64,000 bases of DNA from NCBI GenBank assembly GCA_963693365.1, contig CAVNZM010000002.1:12890328-12954327 (forward strand), in the 5' to 3' direction. This document shows positions 45,354 through 64,000 of the stretch, piece by piece. Each line of letters begins with the position of its first letter. Position 1 is the stretch's first letter. The DNA is from Amoebidium appalachense. Its lineage: Eukaryota > Protista > Ichthyosporea. The position numbers were made by a program, and so were the translations under genes. The notes beneath the pieces were generated by a model, which had not been told where the DNA came from, did no database searches, and saw only the letters and a list, made by a program, of their open reading frames with translations.

Positions 45354-46500
45354 ACCACCACCACCACGATCACCACCACCAAACACCCACCCACCCACCC
45401 ACAACCATCACTACTACAACCCACACCCTTCACACAACCATCCAAACAAACAAACAAACAAACAAACAAAAAAAATTCACACACACCTACCTTCACAGGT
45501 GCAGTTGTGACAGCCGGCAGACCGAATTTCCGAAAGAATTTTGTCACCAACGCAAGTACCTCTTGCACATGCACCACACCCTCCCCCCGTCTACTCCCCA
45601 CCCCTATCCTATCCCGACCGCTTTCCCCCTCTGTAGCCGACCCTCTCCTGGGTGTTAAAACCGTGCTTCTTTCCCCTCCAATACCCTTATCCGTGATTTT
45701 CTTTTCCGTAGTGTTTCCATTTCCATTTGTGATCCTGCTCTGGTCACCTCCGGTTTTCTGTGCATTTTCCGGTGTTTTTGTTGTGTTTCCGCCTTTCTGT
45801 TCACCTTGAGTGGCCGGTTTCCTCCGCGCCAGCAGTCCCCCTGAAGCTATTCTTCCTCTTCCCTCCTGCAAACTTTCACGCTTCGCCCCAGGCAACACTT
45901 TCACATCTTCATTTCGTTGTATTTCGACGAACTGGGTCGTTTCTGGGACCTCGGGCTCCGACGGCGCACCTACGGGTTCGACGGGATACGCAACAACATT
46001 TCCGTCTGTGATCGTTGTCGTTGAAGCCTCCAACCGCGACGATTTCAGCCTGGAGGGCCCGGCGATCTGCTTGCGGAAGCGGGGAGGCAGTTCGTACTTC
46101 ACCTTACGAGGGGTGGTCGTTCGAGTGCTCCCGACCCTTTTCGTCGACGTTGATTTTCGTTGTGATGATTGCGGTGCGACTTGGGAACCGCTGGGAAGCG
46201 GGAGGAGCGGTTCTTTTTGGTTTCGCGATGGAGGGGCGGGACGGGGCGGTGGAGGGAACGGGCTTGTGCACGTGGTGAACGGGAGAGCCATTGGGTGTGG
46301 GGGAAGACCCGTCGCAAGAAAGTTTATCTCGTTGCTCGAAGGGTGTTGGGGAGCATGCGGGACGGGCATGCTAGCCATATATGGTAAAGTTTGGGGCATG
46401 ACCATTGAGTGAGTCGGGTTGGGAAGCAAAGGGCGTGAGTTTGGTAGCTGGCCCACCTGCAGTGTGGGTGTACGTGTGAGAGATGAGATGAGAGTGGAGT

Positions 46501-46552
<52 letters not shown>

Positions 46553-46641
46553 GGGAGGGGGGGGGGGGGGGGGGGGAGTGAGGTCTAGCCAAGGGGGAAA
46601 CCGAGGAGCCGAGCATGATTGGCGCGGGCACGCGGTGGCGG

Positions 46642-46675
<34 letters not shown>

Positions 46676-47990
46676 TGAATATAAAAAAAGGAAAACAGGA
46701 AACCATAACACAACCCATAAGCATGAAGCGAGCGGAGGGAGAGGGGGGGGGGGGGGGGGGGGGGGGGGGGAATCAAGAATGAGTGACAGTGTACGAAGTG
46801 TACAAACATACAGGACACATGCACTCGGATGCCGATGCACTAACAGAATTTGGGGGGGAGGGGGGGGGGGGGGGGGATTAGAGCGGAGGATGCGAAGGAG
46901 ACAGGGAGGGAGGGAAAGGAACCGATTGAGAGAGAGAGAAGATGGGAGGGAGAGGCAGGGAGGGAGGGAAGGAGGCAGGAAGGGAGGAAGGGAGAGAGAG
47001 AGGGGTGTGTGGGAGGCAGGCAGGGTGGGAGGGAGGGAAACACACACCGCTATTGCTTGCTGGACGGCCGAGGGGGGCAGAGGGATGATTGGTGAAAAGT
47101 GCATGCCGGCAAGGGCATGCATGATTCGTGTGAGCTTGACCTTATGTGCATTATACTGTATCAAGACCATGCCTGGGGGGGAAGGCGGGGGGGGGGGGGG
47201 GGGGGGGGGTAGGAGGGATGGAGGCATGAGGGAGGGAGGGAGGGGTGGGGGGGAGGAGGAAGTGGCAAGGAGGCTGGGGAGGGATGGAGGAGAGAGGGCG
47301 GAGGAAAGGGGTGGGGTGGGAGGTGTGTATGTGTATTGGGGAGGGGGGGGGGGGGGGGGGGAGGGGGGGGGGGGGTCAGTAAGCAGGCCAGGCCAATCAC
47401 ATGTACGGGTGTAGGGCGCTGCCTAAATTGTATGTACACACATGTATCTTGGTGGTTAAAGCAATCCACGGTCAGGGTTGTGTGGGGTGTGGGCAGGTGG
47501 TGTGCGTGTGGGGTGTGGTGTGTGGTGTGTGGGGAGGACGTGATGCTGGTCTCAGATTAGTGTCAATACGATTGTAGATTTTGATATAGTTCTTTTCGTT
47601 TCTTTTTCTTCTTTCCTCAAATTGCTTTGTCTTCTTACCTCCACTTTTGTAGGGAGAAGGGGGAGCAAGGGGGGGGGGAAGGGAGGGGGGAGGTAGGGAA
47701 GGGAGGGGGGGGGGGGGGTAGGGGGAGGGGGAGGCAGGGGGGGGGGGGGGGGGGGGAGGGGGGAGGGATAAAATACATGGTAATGCACTTGGAACCATGG
47801 CCATCAGAGTTTCACTGCACCAAAACGTGCCTATTGAATAAGACACAGAGCAGGCAAAGCCAGAAGCCTAGACATAGGCCTGAAATGGGGAAGGCGTGTT
47901 CTTTAAGGTAAGCATGCGATTGAGAAAGGTGGGTGGGGGCGGGGGGCGGGGGGCGGGGGGGGGGGGGGGGGGGGGGGGGGAGGGTGGTGA

Positions 47991-48081
<91 letters not shown>

Positions 48082-48189
48082 TGCGCGTGCGTGTGTGCAC
48101 GCGCGCATGTGTGTGCGTGTGTATGGTGTGATGTGTGCGTGTGTGTGCTCGTGTGTGTGTGCGTGCGCACACACACACAGGTGCGCGTG

Positions 48190-48235
<46 letters not shown>

Positions 48236-48752
48236 TGTGTGTCTGCTTATCTCTGTGTGTATTGAGTGAGTGTGTGTGCGCGTGCGTGCATGTTCACGCG
48301 CGTGTGGATAAGTGGAAGGGGGGAAGGGGGTAGCATAGCACACATACTTGAAGGCAGCATAACGTTAACATCCACCACCCCAGCCATAGACGTGAGTTTC
48401 CTCATCACGTTGGATGCATGTTTTGGCCCCGTCATGTTTCCTACCACAAGGAGAGCTGTTTTTGGCTCAACATGAACCCTGGAATTGGGGTGTGGGGGTG
48501 TCGCGCCGGCGCTGCGTGGTGTTTGTTGGGGCCTGTATGTGTGTGGTGGGATTTCGTTGAGTGAATGTGTTGTGTGTATGGATGGTTGTGAGCATGTGTG
48601 TGTGTGTGTGTCCGGGGCGGGCGGGGGGGAAGGGGGGGGGGGGGGGGGGGGGCAAGGGGAGGAGGGGGGTTTGTTAGAATCTGCTACAGAGTAGGGAGTA
48701 CACATTCATGGCACGGGGTGGGTGGGTGGGTGGGTGGGGGGCATATGTATGT

Positions 48753-48787
<35 letters not shown>

Positions 48788-48805
48788 CCTCCCTCCCTCC
48801 CTCCC

Positions 48806-48839
<34 letters not shown>

Positions 48840-49801
48840 TCTCTCTCTCTGTGTGTGTGTGTTCTGTGTGTGCATGCACGCGCGTCACCTGTCTTCTAGT
48901 GGGGGGCGGCATTGGCTCGAAGTTAGACAACCATAGATTATGAACACACACAGGCATAAACTTTTGACAGGCAAGCATGTGCACACATGGCCAATGTACG
49001 TGCCCACCAACCATCCACCCACACATGTAAACCCCCCCTCCCCCCACCCACCCCACCTCCCCAAACAAACACACACACACAGACATCTACATACACCCAC
49101 TTCCAGCAGCAACGACCAATTATACAGTCTCTCTAAAAGGTAATCTCCAAACCACAACATACCTCGGTTCGGGTACAGGTACCAGTGCTCTCTCCCTCGT
49201 GGAAGCTTCGACCCCCTTCTGGTTTTTTCCACCCCCTTCTTTTTTCCTTTCACCGCCGCCATCCCCCACTACGTCCGTTTTCTCAACCACCCCACCACCA
49301 CCGCTCTTGATCGCAACATCGCCAACTTTCGAAATTTCTTCCACACGTCCTGTTTCTTTCTCCTTCACACCTTTACTTTCCGTTGCTGCTGCGACCCCTT
49401 TTCCACATGTATCCGTAACAGCATTTCCTACCGGATTTTCCACCGAAAACTCTGCATTTTCAGCGCTTTCAGGGTCCGCAATCTCCGCATTTTCAGCACT
49501 TTTAGAGGCTGAAATATCACCATTTTCCGCACTTTTGGCGCCCAAAATCTCCGCATTTTCCGCACTTCTAGTGCGCAAAATCTCCGCATTTTCATCGCTC
49601 TTTTGTTCTTGGGCCTGGAGACGATAGTTCACAGAGAGTCCAGCAGATTTTAAGATTGGAACGAGCATCCCCACGATCGAGCCCAATTTCTGTTGAGATA
49701 CGGCGTCGGGTAGACGGATCGTCAATTTGCCTCCGTCTACTTCGATCGTTGCCTCTGGAAAAGGGGTGAATGGAGATAAGCATATGCGAACCATTCAGAG
49801 G

Positions 49802-49846
<45 letters not shown>

Positions 49847-51939
49847 TGGGGAAGAACAGCAGCGATTAAATGGAAGAGTAGAAGAAGGGAGGTTGGAAAC
49901 GGGAGAGGGACAGAAGAATTCCGGCAAAAAGATACCCCCCCCCCCCCCCCCCTCCCCTCCAAAAAAAAAAAAAAAAAAAAAAAAGACCGTCCTCACCACC
50001 AACGTCCTAGTTTCCACATGCCCAATCCCCCCCCCTCCCCCCCCCCCCCCCCCCCCCCCCCCGGTCTTCCCATCATCCCTCCCCCCTCCCCCCTCCCCTC
50101 GCCCCAACCACCACACACCACCACCTCCACCCCCTGTTTCCCTCCCTTTCCATCCATTACACCGGTCTCGCTCACCCCTGTGCTTTCCCCCTCCCCCTCC
50201 CCCCCCCCCCCCCCCCCCCCTCCGCCGGCATTGCTTCCCCAAGCAAAACCAGTTAGTAGTCCTGCATGTTAATGCTGCAGCTGTAAGCAGCAAAAATTGA
50301 AGTAAACAAGAAACTATGAGAACGGGACTTCTGCAGAGCTCTATTGGTGCTACATACAAACTTCATGCATTTCCTTGCTGATCTATGTACTATCCCTGCT
50401 TATAAAAATTAAGCGCTGATCCCCCAGAATCCTCAATACAAGAGAACACAAAATGTTAAAACTCCAAACGGGGGAAAGGGAGGGGGGAGGGCGAGAGGGG
50501 GGGGAGGGGGGCTCAATACCCGAGGGGGCAGAAGGGGATTCAGCCTCCGAGTGGAGGGAGTGCAGTGCCGCCAACAGAGAGGGTGTGCGGGCACGACATG
50601 TTTCACACGTCCACGTGACCCGCTGCGGGAATGGAAAAAGGCACAGCACGTGTTATGAATCTGTGTGCTAGAAACTTCTAGGGGCACCACATGTTGCATG
50701 TATATACACTCCCAGAGTTGTCTTTGCTACCTCCCCCCCCCCCCCCCCCCCTCCCCCTCCTCCCCCCCCCCCCCCCCCCTCCCTCCCTTTCCCCGAAGAA
50801 CGCCCCAAAAAACACGCACGTGCACATGCACGTGTACACACACACCGAAGATGTCCAAAAAAATAAATTAATAAATAACCCCCCCCAACCACCAAATCCA
50901 ACGGGGGGGGGGGGGGGGGGGGGGGTTTGTTTGTTGCTTTTGTGGGGGGGGGAGGGGGAGGGGGCTGTCTTTTAAGGAAAAAACCCCAGTGGGAAAATCA
51001 CTACAATACCCCCAGAGTTATCACCCATATTCCCCCATCATCCTTCCCTCATAACCCGCTTCCTGTCAACCTTGGAGAGCAAACATCCCGTCCCCTTCCA
51101 ACCAATGCCACATTCATTTAGCCTGTATTGTGGCCTCTATGAAACCCCCCCCCCCCCACGCCGCCCCTTCCCGTCCATCCCCCCCCCCCCCCCCCCCCCC
51201 CCCCTTTCCTCCCTCCCCCCCCCCCCCCCCCCCCACCACCACCACCACCACCACTCTCACCATCACAAAAATGCACCACACACACGAGCGTGTGTAAGCA
51301 CATACACACGAAAACAGACACACACACAAACGCACACACGAACAAACACAGACATACAGACAAAACACACACACATATACACCCAAACACACACACACAC
51401 ACACACCGTACAGCATCCACATCCACAACCCCGTCCACAAGCTCATGCAAGAGACACACACCTGCATGTACACACATATTCACAGCACACATTCATACAC
51501 ACAAGTACACACGCACACACACAGTAACCATCAAACACCCCCACACAAGACTCGTCCCAGCTAACCACCTCCCCTTCACCCTTCCCCCCCCCCCCACACC
51601 CTCTCCCTCCTCCCCCCCCCCCCCCCCCTTTTATCCAGCCTACCCCTCAGAATCTAAATACAATAACCTTGAACCCTCAACACACCACCACACCCACCTG
51701 ACTCTCTCTCTCCTCAACCGGCTGGTAATCATCCGCCCCCTCCTCCCCCTCTTCCTCCGTCTCATCCTCACTATCCCACTCGCTCTCCCCCTCTTCCTCT
51801 GTCTCTTCGTCCGTCCATTCTTCAGTCTCACTATCCACCACCACCTCCTTTTCGTTGCTGGTTTTACGCAAACTAGGTGGTTCTTCCCCGAGATCCTCTA
51901 TTGCCCCTCCCCTGCGCCGTGCCAAAAAACGCGACATTC
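42802..51939 (-). CDS. large multi-exon protein with acidic N-terminus and 2-3 heavy-metal-associated (HMA)-like domains; possibly partly pseudogenised
   Basis: Exons 51939-51698, 50622-50520 (TWTCETC), 49754-49163, 48478-48348 (VGNMTGPKHASNVMRKLTSMAGVVDVNV), 47172-47048 (VLIQYN...IMHALAGMHF), 46456-45491, 44759-44603, 43295-43179 (TVFK|VPGL), ~42954-42802. The central junctions are in frame; both ends are ambiguous. Confidence 0.55.
43571..44075 (-). mobile_element. stack of three degraded A/B-related 3'-end fragments separated by poly(G)
   Basis: About 43571-43650 (rc ...gtgcacttcgtattcttcttacgcatcctaaccc), 43781-43850 and 43940-44075 (atgcgtcagaagcagagcccatcctcag...aagtcatcaa). Confidence 0.6.
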
Positions 51940-52957
51940 CTGAAACTAAGTTGGAGTAATCCAAAAGAGATGAGATCCCTTAGTTGTGGGTTGAAAGTGT
52001 GTGGGAGGCGAGGCCTGGACTGTCATCAGATATATATATAAATATATCCGAGATGTTTTAGTTCCGGCCCAATCTAGGCGTTTTGTATTTGGATTTAGTC
52101 TTTACATCATCTTCAGGTTTCTTTTACAGTTCTTTCCTTGCGCACAGGGATGGGGACAGGGGGACTTATTGGTTTAATCTTTTACGAAGTATTCTTCCTT
52201 GCAATTGCACGGCTATCCCTTCTTTCTGTGTGCCCATGGGTGGACAGGGCTCAGTTCTTTTAGAACAATATCAGCATCATTTTGCTTCGAGATATGACGT
52301 CAGACAACGGACTAATCAGATCCGAGGCCCCCCAACATCAGGCTTCATTCAACCACTCCCCTCCCCTCCCCCCTTTCTTCTTCTCAGTCCCCCGGTCCTC
52401 CTTCCCCAACTGGGGGGCCTGGGGTAGGGTGGGGGGAAGGTTGGGTGGGTGGGTAGAAAGAGGGGAGGGGGGGGGGGGGGGAGGGGAGGGGGGGGGGAAG
52501 AAGGTCCACCGGAAGGAGAGGAAGCCTCGGGGCCTCCGGGGAGGAGGAGGGGGGAGGAGGGGGGGAGGGGGGGGGGGGGGGGGAAGGACTGGGTGACTGG
52601 AGGCCCGGGCTTGCTGGCTCGTTTTTATTCTATCGTTTGGAAATTTGCTTGTCTCAACCTGCACACCAAGGACCATGCACGAGCGTAAACTTTTTCTAAT
52701 GATAACAAACCCCCCCGGCTCCCCCCCCCCCCCCCCCCCCCCCCCCCCCACAAAAAAAAACAAAAAAAACAAAACAAAACAAAAAAAAACAAAAAAAAAA
52801 CACTCAACTCCGCAACCGAAACCATTATTTATACTCTATGATGCTTCTTCACCTGCTGAACGTACATTTAAGCTAATGTCTTTTCTAAGTCCAAAGGTAA
52901 AACCTGTTGGGTTTCTTTATATTGGCAACAGCGGTCAATCCCTAGGCCACCAAAGAG

Positions 52958-53071
52958 GGGTCACCCGCAAGTTACAAGTTGCATATATTTGCATATATTT
53001 GCATATAATTACGTCATATATTAGCATATATTTGCATATATTTGCATTTATTTGCAACTTGCGGGTGACCC
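52958..53071. mobile_element. 114-bp MITE-like element with 16-20-bp terminal inverted repeats
   Basis: gggtcacccgcaagtt ... aacttgcgggtgaccc enclosing (gcatatattt)n repeats; no clear TSD. Confidence 0.7.
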
Positions 53072-53994
53072 GTCAAAGGGCTGGATAGCAATCAAAAAAA
53101 TATACGTGTGGTTGGAGGCAGGATGGCCGTGTTGCAATATTTCAAGTTCGACCCAGGCCGCAAGGGATGAAAGAAAAGAAAGAAGAAAGGAAGCCCCCCT
53201 CAGCGCACGGGGGGGGGGGGGGGGGGGGGGGGGGGGGAGGGGGGGGTAAGTGGGTGTTCCTTCCAAGGGTATAATTCGTCCATATGGTTATTCCTTCCCA
53301 GGCAGGCATGTATCATGCCGCCACTCTAATGCATACTCAAAAGCTAAACTTTTTTTTTTTGGGGGTGGGATTACCATGGCTGTCGTTCGTAACATTTTAT
53401 TTCACTCCTTCGCTATCACACAACCTTGAACATCATTCATAGCCCTCAAACAATACAATTAGCCAGATAAGTTCATAGAGCATACATGCATTTTACAACC
53501 TGGCCTAAGAAGGCTGCAGTTCTAATAGAAAAAAAAAATTCCATTCTTTCATGTCCGTGTGTGCTACAGTGCCGAAGACATTCAAACGCCAAACTTAATA
53601 GTGTCAATCCTGGGAGAAAAAGAGAGGGTATACCTTGGACTTTCTTAAGAACACACACAAAAAAAGAAAAAGGAGAAGGAAGAGAAGGAAAAAAAGAAAA
53701 AGAAAAAGAGCAAAAAAAGAAAGGATAAAAAAAAGGAAAAAAGGAATAGAAAAACAAAACGAAAGAAAAAAGAAAAAAGAACAAAGGCATTTCGAGTACA
53801 CACATTCGTATGTCTTTCAACAACTTAAAGGACTGCCTAGTCAAAACTTTAATTCTAGTCACCAAATTTTTTTTCCATCATGGTATCGAGGACGCTCCTA
53901 GGGAAAAATGCAAAGACTCGTGGCATGGGTGCCTTTGGTTTCGACTTATGTGTGTTTGTGGAATGCGAGTGCCTGTACCTGAACGCTACGGTGT

Positions 53995-54044
<50 letters not shown>

Positions 54045-54309
54045 GTGTGTGTGCACGCCTTTGTGGTTGCCAAACATTGCCGGGAATACCCAACTGCATG
54101 GCAAGATGGAAATGACGAAAAACCACAAGAAAACACAAGATCCCCCCCCCCCCCCCCCCCCCCCAACACACACACCCCTCCCCCTTTCCACCCCACACAC
54201 CACATGCTGTGTGTGTGTGTGTGTGTGTGTGCGTGTGTGTGTGTGTGTGTGTGCGTGCGTGCGTGTGTGTGTGTACATGTGCTCCTACACATTGATGTTG
54301 CATCTAATA

Positions 54310-62849
<8,540 letters not shown>

Positions 62850-64000
62850 CTGCAACATAAGCAACACTGTTAGTGCGGGGCAAGTATAACTAACGATACT
62901 AAAATAATATTTTAACAACCTAAAACGATCTTTGAGAAGAAAATAAAGAATGAATGAAAAATGGCATATAAATGTCTAACTAAGGCATGTGTGATTCCTA
63001 ACTTATCTATCTAAAGGATACCAAAATGATCTTGATATTTTTTAAATAATAAAAAGATAGAAACAACCATGGTATTTATTTTACGATTCAAAATGATTTA
63101 GGCAAACTATCAAACTCTGGCTAGCGAGCCCGTGCCTGTTCAGATCCGTAATTTCCACGAGATCGACAACTAGTCAACTGACATCGACATGAGTCAGTTT
63201 GTGCTCTACTCTGAACATGAAGTTGATAGGAACTAGCCAAATAAAAGTTGCACGAAATTAGAATATACACTTATCCTTCGTCTTATGCAAAAAAAAATGA
63301 ACTTTACTCTAATAACGATACCTTGTATATGGTGTAACTAGAAAGGGTGCTTGCCGGCTTGACGAGTTTAATGTCGACATCGAAATGTGTCAATGCAATC
63401 TTCTGATTGGACCATTCTGAAAATGGCTCCGAATAGGAAAACATAATTGGCCGGCTCAGTCAACATTCGATGGCAACTCCAAGAGTTTGAGAAAATCTCG
63501 AAAGTCACTTCAGAAACAGATATAAACGTATACGAATTAATGATATTTTCCATAAATCATCTTAGTAACGTATGTAGGTAAGACATGTATCTGTCGGCAT
63601 ATGCAATTATTTTGAGCTTTTTCTATCGATTTTGAGCCGCAATAGAGTTGTTTAGGCCTTGGACGGGACCCGTCCAGATCAATTAGTCCGGGCCTCAAGA
63701 GGTTAAACAAACAAACAAACAAACAAAAAAAACTGGCTAGCGTTAAAACACAAGATAGAGAGAGCGGAAAAACAAACGGGTAAACACAAACGGACATCTA
63801 TGTTGGTTCGTGTCTAGGCATGTTGGACCCCCCCCCCCCCCCCCCCTCCCCCTCCCACACAAACACCCCTTTTCTTTTCTTTCACCTCAGGGTGGTGACT
63901 TGACCCCCCCCCCCCCCCCCCTCTCTTTACTCCCTTCCTCCCCCCCCCCCCCCCTCTCCCACCCTTCTTCACTTCCGCCCCCCCCCCCCCCCCCCCCCCC

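Noticed and set aside
50228-50300. HVNAAAVS resembling the TnpB/Fanzor RuvC-III 'D.NAA.NI' motif
   Set aside because: It lacks the catalytic Asp and the zinc finger, and is not conserved in the homologous B sequence.

Overview
Intron-rich eukaryotic genomic DNA (organism not identifiable from sequence alone) saturated with poly(C)/poly(G), (CA)n/(TG)n and (CT)n tracts. Nearly all ORFs in the supplied track are low-complexity artefacts. Manual splicing gives six genes: (1-2) two tandem YeeE/YedE-family sulfur-transport paralogs on + (7 and 12 exons); (3-4) a head-to-head pair sharing an unrecognised basic C-terminal domain, possibly a divergent HMG box, one with a tandemly duplicated in-frame exon; (5) a multi-HMA-like, possibly decaying gene on -; (6) an MRS2/CorA-type Mg2+ channel on -, incomplete at its 5' end. 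There is also a 5'-truncated LINE with a 12-bp TSD, a small TIR MITE and several ~100-bp perfect tandem duplications. The most striking signal is a non-coding mobile element family: subfamilies A and B (7 young copies) plus old fragments. Copies sit in poly(C) tracts and end in a stem-loop + CATTCAAA. Subfamily A forms partial head-to-tail tandems joined by a 7-nt C spacer. Both subfamilies carry a ~160-nt core predicted to be pseudoknotted, with compensatory changes between them.
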